Below, in pieces: positions 27,316 to 39,000 of a stretch of 64,000 nucleotides of DNA. The translations under genes were made by a program, and so were the position numbers. Below the pieces are notes generated by a model. That model was not told where the DNA came from. It saw nothing but the letters and a program-made list of their open reading frames with translations, and ran no database searches. The stretch is from NCBI GenBank assembly GCA_051362555.1, contig CM120642.1, forward strand, positions 18,228,001 through 18,292,000. The letters run 5' to 3'. The DNA is from Lingula anatina. Its lineage: Eukaryota > Animalia > Brachiopoda. Position 1 is the first letter of the stretch. Each line of letters opens with the position of its first letter.

Positions 27316-28864
27316 TTTTAGTTGAGACTTGTTGGTGTTCATAAGATATTTTCGTCAGTCAAAAAGATCAATATGTACATTTTTTTTAAGTTGGGCATTT
27401 TGTTCTGTTGGGTATGTCTCTCCATTCACTTATGTAAAATTAACTTTTCACCTTGAAAGTTTTTTTGTGTTTTTATTTGAGCCATAAGATATGGTGTCTT
27501 TACTCACCACAGATACAAAATTTTTTTTTTATGTCACACTTTCCTTGTGAAGGTCAAATTAAAGGTTCAGTTAATTCTTCCTTTGTCACATGAAGATGAT
27601 TATCTAACAGTACTGAGAATATCACATTAGTGTAACTTGTTAATAATGGTCATAATTTTCACCATTAAGTAGGCAGGTGTTATTTCATATCCTTCAATTG
27701 GCACTTCGAGGCATTATTGACTTTTACTTCACTGCAATTGAAAAGCTTTTATTGCACTTATTTATTGCCGTTATTCCGTCATCTATTTTTGCTACTTTAG
27801 ATGTTTTATGGTAAAAGAAAGTTTGACTTGATGTATTAAAAAAATTGTGCTTGGATTGGGCAGAAAATGTATGGATAATTTGTCCATGTAGGGGAAAGTC
27901 ATTGGTATTGTTGTGTTTGTGTAGAGTTAAGGTGTATTTTTGGGGGTGGAACATATTTTTAGGTGGTCATGTTAAAGTTTGAGATTTTCAATATTGTAAA
28001 TAGCCTTCATTTTAAAAGATAATAATTATGTTTGTTTTAATTAGTAAGCCATTGTTTGGCACAATATGTGGATGATGATGGCAGGGTTTTTATCCTGGTC
28101 ATTCCACAAAAAAAAAAAAAGTTACTCTGAGTTGCATCCAAGACGCATACATTTTGTGTGATATTTGAATAACTGTTTGATATCACTTTTCGATTAATTG
28201 TTGATTTCTTTCCACATTAAAGGGTATTGCACTATTATTAGTATAAAACAATGTAATTAAGGTGGTAAGACAGAATTATGCAGATGTAACACAAAATGAG
28301 AGCATCACTGATGTAACACAGAGAGTCGCTGTTCTTGTGGAATGACCTTTGCATTAGTTCAGATGTAGGACCACTTCTGAGTCCTTTCACGGAAATCTTA
28401 AGGTATCACATGTTAAATATTGGAAATTATCTGTGAACAGCAGAAGCACGCTAATTAGTTAGTGTTCTTAGAACACCAGGATCTTTTTAAAGAAGATGAA
28501 TGTTTATTATTCTGTATAGTCACTTTTCATTAACCCAGTACTTTTTCTGTTCTATTATTTCTAACCCAGTTTATCTAACATTTCATTTTTTCCCGTTTCC
28601 TGATAGGTCTTGAAAGGCTGTGGCTTTTTTAATCTCCGCTATCAGCGTACTGCACGCAAGGCATTTTACGCCCTGTGGTCTACATGTTGCTTATTACTCT
28701 TATCAGAATCACAGCTAGTTTTTTTTGTTTGTTGTTGTGGCACTTTAAGTAGCAGCATGATAAATGTTTTGTATGAACAATTATAAGTGCTTGTGTATTT
28801 TTATTCCAATTAATTTTCCTAGGTTTTGCAAATTGTAGCAAAGAATAAGTACATAAATAAAGAT

Positions 28865-28895
<31 letters not shown>

Positions 28896-29184
28896 TGAAA
28901 AAATCATAAGTATCTTTTAAAAAACAGGTGATGCCATGTAAAAATGCCTATAACTGATAATGCTTGGTTATTTATTTATATAAATTTAACCATAAGATGA
29001 TTCATTTACTTTTATTTAGTAATTTTGTCTTAATTGTTTCCAGGGCCATGACACAGCAGCTCCCCCTAGTGGCCCGCCAATGATGTTCAACCCAGCGTCG
29101 TTTGGTGCTCAGCCCTCTTCAGTGCCGGCTGCAGGGCCAGGACGAGGACCAAAGTATGGCCAGAGGAGGCAGTATCCTCACTGA
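1..29184 (+). CDS. SEC16A: Protein transport protein Sec16A-like (ER exit site/COPII scaffold), 5'-partial, 29 exons in window
   Basis: Exons with GT-AG boundaries and compatible phases: <1-2570, 2949-3299, 3939-4086, 4390-4503, 5165-5292, 5906-6131, 6972-7110, 7694-7972, 8252-8349, 8640-8724, 9185-9302, 9610-9721, 9960-10119, 10475-10561, 11016-11126, 11735-11942, 12323-12445, 12768-12976, 13795-14625, 15709-15897, 17646-17738, 17996-18073, 18377-18473, 18769-18885, 19251-19379, 19801-19955, 20171-20221, 26553-26612, 29044-29184 (TGA). Recognised Sec16 motifs: [89 protein letters not shown]. Confidence 0.93.
2955..3200 (+). repeat. Coding tandem repeat, about 33-bp unit, encoding (DYDRDRPxSRx)n, about 7 copies
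   Basis: Visible in ORF 2909-3316: [44 protein letters not shown]... Confidence 0.85.
4463..4928 (+). repeat. 70-bp minisatellite (6 intact copies plus 1 degenerate) spanning an exon end and splice donor
   Basis: Unit ggcagtcagcctggctccaggagtca(g/a)actccaggaatggagtaagtattaaacagtactaatatcacta. GTAAGT recurs at 4504, 4574, 4644, 4714, 4784, 4854. The caga/caaa variants alternate, giving a 140-bp dimer. Confidence 0.95.
5906..11126 (+). CDS. SEC16A: SEC16 central conserved domain (ACE1 / Sec13-binding region), exons 5906-6131 to 11016-11126
   Basis: The spliced translation runs ...[19 protein letters not shown]...[37 protein letters not shown]...[16 protein letters not shown]...[14 protein letters not shown]...[11 protein letters not shown]...[13 protein letters not shown]...[16 protein letters not shown]..., colinear with the animal Sec16A central domain as I recall it. 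Confidence 0.93.
6342..6988 (+). repeat. 54-bp minisatellite (12 copies) spanning a splice acceptor and exon start
   Basis: Unit ttttaaata(c/a)aatttccttatttttccag|gggtcagacccataagatgttattg. The acceptor AG ends at 6377+54n up to 6971; the last copy runs into the real exon 6972-7110. Confidence 0.95.
11132..11190. repeat. (ATTT)n microsatellite
   Basis: Pure tetranucleotide run immediately after the donor at 11127. Confidence 0.9.
11956..12137. repeat. Fold-back palindrome (MITE-like), about 75-bp arms
   Basis: aataagttattataataatgcatctataaagatctactataaagatgttatgtctaatccaag... pairs with ...cttggaatagacattacatctttacagtagatctgcatagatgcatcattataataacttatt. Confidence 0.85.
16395..16597. mobile_element. 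Putative MITE with 18-bp imperfect TIRs
   Basis: aatggaaatcatctgaga at 16395 versus tctcagatgattcccatt ending at 16597 (1 mismatch). No clear target-site duplication (TSD). Confidence 0.5.
17646..29184 (+). CDS. SEC16A: SEC16 C-terminal region (last nine exons)
   Basis: [26 protein letters not shown]|[45 protein letters not shown] and the terminal [11 protein letters not shown]...GQRRQYPH* resemble the Sec16A C-terminal motifs. Confidence 0.88.
19398..19630. repeat. Compound (CA)n microsatellite interrupted by cctggcatg
   Basis: Read directly; a shorter version is present in the duplicate at about 55033-55156. Confidence 0.9.
20259..20364. repeat. (GT)n/(GA)n compound microsatellite
   Basis: Read directly; length differs in the duplicate at about 55786-55830. 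Confidence 0.9.
21946..24483 (+). repeat. Internal direct duplication of about 1.27 kb within the Helentron-like element
   Basis: acatggtttcggtcccgtccggatc occurs at 21946 and 23215; matching ORF-track features are offset by 1269 and 1267 bp. Confidence 0.9.
24176..25890 (+). repeat. 146-bp tandem satellite, about 11-12 copies (about 2 more at 22909-23214)
   Basis: ttgacctttg recurs at 24271, 25001 and 25731 (5 x 146 apart). The unit contains gagataggtccatagttactattgaa and gtgaccttaaaattgacctttgacct. Confidence 0.92.
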
Positions 29185-31219
29185 GGACTGAACTGTGTCC
29201 TCACTGAGGACTGCAGAATATCAAATGAGAAAGTTGAACTTAATTGCAGATGAAAGATTTCTGGATTTCTTCAATAATCTGGAAATTGGGGTGGTGTATT
29301 TAGGCCCACTGACCTCCATATAGAACTGCGCGCCAATCAGCCCTTGTATTTTCTGGGTTGTGTCATAAAGTCCGCTTTCATCTCTGCTCAGTGGAGTCCA
29401 GAACATAAACAGAATGGTTGTGCGAGTGAGGAACAGTGCCCACTATATGACACTGCAGGAAATTAGACAGGATTTTGGGTAATGTTAAGATGGAAATGTG
29501 GTCATTCATAAGACAGGCAGCACTAAGGCAAGAGATGGAAAGCAAAGTGATGTTCCAGGATTTCAGTGAAAAGTTTCTGTTAGATAAAGGGAAGAAAGGG
29601 AGGGAGAAAAAGGCTAAGCTGAAGAAAGATGATTACTCTATGTAAGCTGTTGGAGGTGAACTGAAATCATTATGCTGGTTTTGTGAACCATTTGGCTCAA
29701 GTTAAAAGTAAAGATACAGGCAGTACATGACTGCGTAGACAGTGTAGAATATATTTAGTGGAATGAGGGAAGAACCAGGCATAAATGTACATGAAAAAGA
29801 GATTGAAAATTTGCAAAAGGATAAACTGATAGCTAAATAAAACAGGGTCCATGGGCCAATTGACAGATGTGGGATTGAAAAGTTTTGGAACATTTTGGGT
29901 TTCTGAGGATGTAACTGTAAGGTTGCACAACAGGAAATACAGACAGACAGGCCCTAAGTTAAAACCAAAAGAAAAAAATCCTTGCATTGTGAACATGTAA
30001 TAAAACAAAAGGCACCAATATATGGTAGATTTAAATGTTATGCCATGACATACAGATTATTACATAGAAAAGAAAAACCAGAATGCACAGGGAGGCAAGA
30101 GATGGATAGCTAAGTTATGAGTTAAGTGAACTTACGTTGTAGTGTGTTCTGGTTGTAGTAAGTGAATAAATAGGTTGTGTTGCATAGGATTTATCCATGA
30201 GGAGGTCACACAAATGACACCCTGTCTATTGGCATCAAAATTGATTTTTTTGTACTGCAGCCATGGGTAGTAATGCAAGAGTATGCATCAAAATTGGTCA
30301 AGTTTAGAAGTAGCCAGGGTGGTTGTTATACAACAGTTGGTGCTTACATGAATATTTATATGAATGCTAATTAATAAATTTAGAACAGAGGACATGCAAA
30401 ATATTAAGTTTAAAGGATAATAGTGAAATGTATTCACATTTGCTATATGACATATACATATTATATGAACCTGCATGTACAAATAACTATGTTTATGTAC
30501 AGATTATTTCGTATATCTCAATTGTACATAGTTTACTTGGTATTAATATTGTGATGATAACATTTGAGTTTATTTTCAGCTAGCATGCCTTAATCAATAT
30601 ACCAGTATAGGATTTCACTATGACAAAGTCTCATTACACATACTAATTGATCTTTATTGCTTTATATATATATTGCACAGATTTGGGCAAAACAGATTGC
30701 AAGGCATCTGTTAGTGCAATTATAGGTTGGATGAACATTGATAGAGATGATGCTGTGTAAAACAATTAAATGATCTTTTTTGACATTAAAATAGTGTCAA
30801 GAACAAATATTTAGAGGTTAATGTATGCAGAGGTTTGCAATATATGAAAAGTCTTATTCCTAATATATATAAAGAACTCCTAATATTAGTGGGTAGGCTT
30901 ATTGGATCTTTGCATTGAGCTTAGGGAATATGATTTTTGGTCAGCTACCAGATTTTAATGGACTGATTTCAAAGCTTTCAATTACAGAAGATGAAGGGTA
31001 AAGCACAAGAACCAAAATGTAATAGGCAGAAGTAATAAGTGATTTCATATTTAACGTAAGATTTTAATTTACTGATTTGAATGTCATCAAATAATCTTAA
31101 TGGCTCATTAGAATATTCAGCTGCAGTTGTAAATGTCGTTTGCCAATATATCTTTGATAAAAAACATTGTCAGAAAACCAGTGATACTTCAGATCTATGT
31201 AAAAAAAAAGATGCATGCC

Positions 31220-31340
31220 GATTGGTCACAATTGTCGTGTCGTTTTGTTATGGTTGTCGTGATTGGTCAAATGTTAAAATGTTTATATGTTGATGCTCGC
31301 GTGCAATGGTTTACTTTTAAAGATGGACACGGAAGAAGGA
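31220..31340. promoter_or_regulatory. Possible promoter-like cluster: two inverted CCAAT boxes and an ETS-like CGGAAG
   Basis: gattggtca at 31220 and 31261 (41 bp apart) and cggaag at 31330; local CpG content rises relative to the preceding 3' UTR. The target gene is unknown. Confidence 0.25.
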
Positions 31341-31995
31341 ACTAGAAGTCCTGACAGTAGATTTAATGTGTTTGAAATTGTATCTAATTATTTATATAGT
31401 ATAGTATTGAATTTATTACGACGTTAGCGTGAATAACGCCAGCAACGCTGGTATTCTACACTAAATAGAACGACTCCAATGGAAATGTATGATGCGTTTA
31501 CTTTAATTGTCAGTTGAATGGTATACGTTGTTGAGTGATTTGTGAATTATTTACTTGAAAATTATAAAAGGTTGAAAGAGGTCGCCACTTTTTTTCATGA
31601 AGCTCGGAAAGTAGTTTTGTTGTAGACGTTATGCATTACGATAAACCTACATCCAAAAGAAATTATATGGATTATTATCGTTATAAGTACCAATGTTATT
31701 CAAGCTCAATTGGCCCATGCTCTCGCTGTTAATAACGGCGGGGTTGATATTGTGGCAAATTGATTGATTGATTAAACGGATCCTATTGTTGCACTTTTGT
31801 TGATTTATGATATATGATATTCTGAGTAATAAATTGTCACATCATCGAAATAGCGTTTAGTTTTATGTATCAAGTTTGGTACATATTTTCTGTTATTATA
31901 ATTAACAATTCTGTTAAAGAATTGTTCCAGTTTGACTATTCACTATCCCCTGCCCATCTGAGACCATTGAATTCTACCGGTGTCATGTGCAAGGT

Positions 31996-32172
31996 CCGGT
32001 GTAACGTGACTGATAGTCCCCTCCCCTATGATAGAGAGTCCGCTTCCCATTCATTTATACAGGCAACCCTCGCCCTAGATTTTGACCCGCTTAAGTCAGG
32101 CTAAACCTAACCTTTGTAACTAAAAGGAGGGGGGACTTTCTGTTACACGGACCGTCAGTTTCGTTACACCGG
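31996..32172. mobile_element. MITE with CCGGTGTAAC/GTTACACCGG termini (family A)
   Basis: Terminal inverted 10-mer; internal ccctagattttgaccc and taaacctaacc. The same family occurs in reverse orientation at 49528-49730 and duplicated at 63515-63691. Confidence 0.7.
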
Positions 32173-32373
32173 TTTCCATGGATTTAGAAAGCCCCGCCCT
32201 AGGTTATAACCCACTCGACTCACTCTAACCCGTATGAATCAAATTTAGGACATCCTCTGTTAAAGAATTGGCCCATCAGTTTCTTAACGTAACATAAATA
32301 TATGCCTTCCATTGTTTTCCAAAATGAGTTTTGGGCCTCTGTGCATGTCGACCATCTAATACTAGTCATCCTC

Positions 32374-32404
<31 letters not shown>

Positions 32405-33016
32405 GACAATGACGGTGTTACTGAAAAGTTGGCTGATCGGGTAGAAGATACCTCGTGTTATCTTTTTCCTAAATGTAGGTACACACGATCCAAGTCATAG
32501 ACCACTGATTTGATTATTGTTGTTGTTAGGCAATTATCTTCAACGAGTTTGTTGACATCCGGAGATCCAGGGCAGTGCAATTTTATGTGTACCAAAAATA
32601 AATAAATAGATAAATGAAACAACTGGATGATTCTACAAATTAGACGTAAATATTTCAAGGTATATCCTCTAAAAGCCGACGACCTTGAGAAGAATATGCA
32701 TGTTTTTTCATGATGATCCTTCAAATATCCTGCGTTTGTCCTTAAGTAGTTCACCTAAAGTGTATGTGCATGTGATGAATTTGACAGCGGCTTATCATCT
32801 TATCCTGACGTTGCGCCACGTACGTGACAACGAGACCCTTTCAGATGGGCTCAAGCTTGACCTCTGCATGGCGAACGAGACATGTCAGTCATAGTGAATT
32901 GAAAACTGTTTAATAAATTACTCCTGTAATCCGCTTTACGGGGTTGTATCCTGCAAAGGAGTGCAGAACCGTAGGAGATTAAGGAGAGAAAGTGCCAACA
33001 CAGGTGTTGCCTTCTA

Positions 33017-36000
33017 ATGCCAAAGATGTATCAGCGTGCCTTCTGGCTTCCGTTGTTCCTTGCAGTCCTCTTAGTCTCTGAAAGCACAGGTAATTTTTTA
33101 TATAAATTAATAATATTTTATCTTTTGATACACCGTAAAGTGGATCGTTATTAATCCCCGTCTTTAAAATAAACAAACAAATCAATAAAACTGAAGCGTC
33201 AACGTAAAGGTAGAACTTAGTATTAACACCTTTAGCTCATGGCAAATAAGCAACGTGACTTTTTTAGTTCCAAGTCAATCTCCTGACACAAACAAATGCC
33301 GATTTTAATGGGTTTTGACTGAGAACTGCAATTTCAGAAATCTTACCTAAGTGCCTTCTTGTTAACGCTAACGATGATAAACTGTCACACAGAAAAAATT
33401 GATACTTTTTTGTTCTAGAACCATATACACAACTTCAATTTGTAACATTGGTTTTGAACCTTTGACTCGGGCATATCGTGAAATAGCTTGAGTGAAAAAG
33501 CTTCCAAAGTATTGAATGCGTACTTTTAGACAAACCTTTTACTTAGTAGTCCAGGAATTTGGTGAAAAATTGTGCATTTTTTACCTACAAGCATGAAATT
33601 TGGCACACCTATGGACAATGAAATTCTAAGCAAATTTGGATATATGGGCATGTCTGAAAATTCCAAAATGGCCGTCAAATCTAAGATGGCCACCAAAATA
33701 CCTTTTCAAATTAAAACTTCAAGTACATAGTCTTCTACTGACTTAAAATATCATATAAAGGTTAGAAAACACCATGGTATGAATCCTTCAGGTGTATAAA
33801 ATCCAAAATGGCCGCCAAAAGTAAAAAAGCAGACCATTTATTCAAGATATCCATTAGAATGGTGAATTCATCAAGCACTTAAAACTACAAGCATAAAATT
33901 TGGCACGTTTGTGGAAAATGAAATTCTGAGCAAGTTTGGATGTATGGGCATATCCAAAAATTTAAAAATGGCCCCCAAATCCAAGATGGCCTCCAAAAAT
34001 ACGGGTCCTTATTAAAACTTCAAGTATACAGTCTTTTAAGGGTTTAAATATCATTCAAAGGTTAAAAAACACCACAATATGAATTCAGAATCAATATCTG
34101 CTTCTTGAGGTGTATTAAATCCAAAATGGCCGCCAATAGTAAAAAGCATTCTACTAATCCAAGATATCCAGCAGAGTGGTTTATCAAAAACTACAAGCAT
34201 GGCATTTGGCACGTTGTAAAACAGGATTCCAAGCACTTATTGATGTATGGGCATGTCTAAAAATTCCAATATATGGCCCCTAAATCCAATATGGCCGACA
34301 CAAATACCCGTTCAAATTAAAACTTCAAGTATATAATCCTATAATAGCTTAAGATAACATTTTATGGTTAGACAAGACTATGGTATGCATGAAGTATCAA
34401 TATTTGCTTCTTTAGGTGTACAGAAATCCAAAATGGCCTCCAAAAATAAGAAAAACAGGCCACTCACAGCAGCAGTATGGTGAATTGATCATGCACTTAA
34501 AACTACAAGCATGAAAATTGGCACAATTGTACAGAACAGGATTCTAAGCAATTTTTTAAATAGGGACATGTCTGAAAATTCTAATATGGCCACTAAAACC
34601 CTTTTAAAGTAAAAAGTCTACTTCATAATCTGACTTACAACAAGCTTTACTCTTTTTTGGTTATTCGCCCTTTTAGTTAAATTAAGATCTAAATGACCGT
34701 AAAAAGTGGAACAGGACTCCTTTTGGTCCAGTTGTGACACCACATGCAGCAATTCTATAAATGTCAAGGATATGAAAATGTCAAGGTATTTTCAGAAATA
34801 AGTTTCAAATTAACAAAAGTTATTTAATCAAGTAGGTGTTGCACATTTTATGGACGATCAACCTATTACTTTAGTAAATGGACAATATCTCAACAGAGGA
34901 TAACAGCTAGCTACACCGAAATTTCTACTTATTTGGTCAAATAATTTTCATTTATTTATGTGTGCCTAGCTTTAGTTGTGTTTCCCTCAGCTTTCCCAGA
35001 ATTTGCCTAAAGCTATAGCTTCTACATGTAATCCACTTTCCCCAACAAAATACCAAGAGGTATTGGTAATTTTTAACACCAGAAAGCATCAGTTTACATG
35101 CGTGAGGGTCAATAGGAATATGAAAGTGTGGTAGGGCATATGAGTAGATGTAGGTTACTAGTGTGAGCCCTTATAGGACCAGTCTTCCAATGCTTCTGAC
35201 TCCCCTCACCACAGTTAGCAATTGCACACATAACTACAAACAGATGTGGTAGGAGCTACCTGCGAAAAGTAGGTTTTGTTATCTGGGTAAGTGAATACTC
35301 CCCATGGCTTCATTCTGGATTGTCCCAAAGAGACAATGATGCCGGAAATCTCATGAATTTTTACCTTTCAAAGTCCATATTGCACTAATTTCTTGGTGTA
35401 ATCCTCAGAATACACTGTGAATTTTTGAAGCTTTGTATGTATTAACTTTCTGGAGGATTTTAATTCTTTTATTTTCATGTTCAGTTATTTGAAAGCATAA
35501 GTTTGTAACTAAACAAGTTGCCAAATGATCAAATGAAAACCAAAGTTTGGCGCCTATCAGTGCTTCTTTTTTAGTGCACGAAGTGTGAAGCCTGCAATGC
35601 AACTCTTGGATATAGCACGTATCAACACCTGCCCTCTGTTTGGGGTTTTTCTTTGCTCATAAATTTTCAGTAGCCATTACTGCGAATGTACTAAATCCAT
35701 TTCTTGAAATAAGAAGCTTTTCTAATTTACTTTTGAAGCATAAGATAACATCATAACATTACCGAGTGCAAATGTGCCCCTTCTTTTAGTACTTTACCAA
35801 TGCAAAACACCAAATTGTTGAGACCTGTATGTTTGATTAGCTGTCATTTTTGTTATATTTGTGAGCATTTGATGAAGCACCATGCACTGATCTAGCTGAA
35901 TAATCATAACCAACAGACAAAATTGGTACACCCCAAGCTTTTTTATATTTGCCTATTTAAGGCTAAGTTATTCTGGTGTTTCTTTCACATTTTATGGATT

Positions 36001-39000
36001 TTGCACAATACTTTTTTTCTTAGAAAGGGGGAGTCACTCATGAGTGCCATATAAATAGATCGCTAACTGGGAATTGATGTAATTGAGAATCCAGAGCAAA
36101 AAGCCAAACTGCTTATGTTGGTTTATCAAAAGAAGGACTGTTTTCAGTACATAATAAATGTATCATGCTTGATGTTTTTTTTTAACTCTGTAGAATACAC
36201 ACACACCTGTACCTGCACAGGTAGGAATATTCTGATTATACAGGTAGTTGTAAAGCCCACATGCCTATTCACGAGTGATTACAATTCAATAATTGTGGTC
36301 CGCTGACTTTTGGAGGCCATTTTGGAAATTTAAAACCTTAAGTGGCAGATACTTATACTACATACATACTATGGTATTTTCTAACCATTAGATGATATTT
36401 TTTATTAAAGACTATACAAATAACTTTCACCTTGAAAGGGTATTTTTGGGGCCATATTGAAATTGACTGCCATATTGGAATTTTCAGACATGCCCCTATA
36501 TCCAACGTTGCTTAGAATCATGTTCTCCACAACTGTGCCAATTTTTATGCTTGTAATTGTAAGTGCTTGATGATTTCACCAAACTGCTGCATATTTTGAG
36601 TAAGTAGACTGCTTATTTTACTTTTGGAGGCCATTTTGGAATTCTATACACCTGTAGAAGCGGATATTGATAATTCATTCATAGCATGTTATTTTCTAGC
36701 AATAAAATGATATTTTAAACCATTATAGGACTATATATTAGATGTTTTAATTTAAAAGAGTATTTGTGGAGGCCATATTGGATTTGGCGGCCATACTGGG
36801 ATTTTCAGACATGCCCATATATCCAAAAAGGCTTAGAATTCCATTATCTACAACTGTGGCAAATTTCATGCTTGTAGGTAAAAAACGCACAATTCACCCT
36901 TTTTTTCTGCACCAAATTCTTGGACTAAGACGCTCATTATAAACATAAACCTCTTTGCGCTAGTGGTCCATCCTCAGAAAAGTGAACATTGGAGCCACAG
37001 AACTGAAGCACAAATTTTGTGTCCTATTTGCATAATTTTGGCATGCCCCATTATTTTCGTTATTTTATACTATGGTTCCCTCAAATGTGGAAAGAAATCA
37101 ATAGTAATTAAAAACTAGACTGCAACTGGCTGAAGCCAGTGGCGGAGGATTCCCCTGCAAAATAGGCGTGGAAATGCTCTTACAAGGTCATGTGAAGGTC
37201 ATGGGTTAAATTTGATCCAAAATTCTGAAAGAGCATGTGCAAAATTGGGGGGGGGGGGGGGGGGGGGGGAGTCAACAAAACATCACTTTTAGCCCACTTC
37301 AATATTTCTCCATGAAATAGCCAAATGACCTTGAAAATGAGGGTCAAGGTCAAATTTGACATTTGATTTGGGGGTTTTGGGTATATGTTTGGGGTAGTTT
37401 ACTATAGCATGCTATGACCAAAAACCAGTGTTTCACGGAGAAATTGCCAAACTCAAGATTTCTGCAATGTCATAAATATTTAAAAATCTATATTAAAAAA
37501 GTAATTAGGCAGTCGCTACCAAAGTACGGCTAACCTTAGATAAATATATAGGGCATCATTTGCCACTATGATCAGGGCTCTGGGCCTTCCGGTTTTTGAG
37601 ATCTCGGAAACAAACCTTTTTTGAGCCCGTTTGGCCATTAGTGACCTTGACCTTGACCTACTTGCATAAAAGTAGGTCATTATCTGTGGATTTGGCTCAG
37701 TATCATTGGCCATAAGGCCCTTGGCCATATGGCTTATACTTTAGGCCTAATGGTAATTTCAAATTTTACAAATTTTGCCTTTAAAAGCCCCTGTGACCTT
37801 GAAAAGTAGGTCAAGGTCACTGAAACTGGGTCTGTGGCATATTCTTACCATAGGCTACATATGATAATTATTTCAGATTTTTTGCGAAAAAAAAACGCGC
37901 GGAAAGAATAACTATAATAATAATAATAACTAGACTGCAACTGGCTAAAGCCAGTGGCGGAGGATTCCCCTGCAAAAAAGGTGTGGAAATGCTCTTACAA
38001 GGTCATGTGAAAGCCATGGGTTAAATTTGACCCCATATTCTGAAAGAGCATGTGCGAATTGGGGGGGGGGGGGGGGTCAACAAAACATCACTTTTAGCCA
38101 ACTTCAATATTTCTCCATGAAATAGCCGAATGACCTTGAAAATGAGGGTCAAGGTCAAATTTGACATTTGATTTGGGGGTTTTGGGTATATGTTTGGGGT
38201 AGTTTACTATAGCATGCTATGACCAAAAACCAGTGTTTCATGGAGAAACTGCCAAACTCAAGATTTCTGCAATGTCATAAATATTTAAAAATCTATATTA
38301 AAAAAATTAATTAAGCAGTCGCTACCAAAGTACGGCTAACCTTAGATAAATATATAGGGCATCATTTGCCACTATGATCAGGGCTCTGAGACTTCCGGTT
38401 TCTGAGATCTCGGAAACAAACCTTTTTTGAGCTCGTTTGGCCATTAGCGACCTTGACCTTGACCTACTTGCATAAAAGTAGGTCATTACATGTGGATTCA
38501 CCTCAGTATCACTGACTATAAGGCCCATAGCCATACGGCTTATACTTAAGTCCTAATGTCAATTTCAAATTTTACAAATTTTGCCTTTAAAAGCCCCTGT
38601 GACCTTGAAAAGTAGGTCAAGGTCACTAAAACTGGGTCTGTGGCATATTCTGGCCATAGGCTACCTATGATAATTATTTCAGATTTTTTGCGAAAAAAAA
38701 AACGCGCGGAAAGAATAATAATAATACCAAAAACAATAGTATTCCCCTATGGGGAATCCTAATAATAATAATAATACCAAAAACAATAGTATTCCCCTAT
38801 GGGGAATCCTAATTATATCAAACACATATGCAGATATTAAACAAAATGTGTGTCACTAAATGGGGCTGTGCATTAGCGGCCTGAATACTCATCATTATCT
38901 ACATATACAATCATCAGCGGTAACACTAGCAGCAATAACAGTGCCATTTTAAAACTGAAACGTATAATATTTGGGGGAAAAAATCCTAACAAAAAGTAAA

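Noticed and set aside
32373-32445. Poly-A followed by ATGGCGACAATG as a first coding exon or retrocopy tail
   Set aside because: The reading frame stops after 14 codons, there is no convincing partner exon, and no TSD was found.
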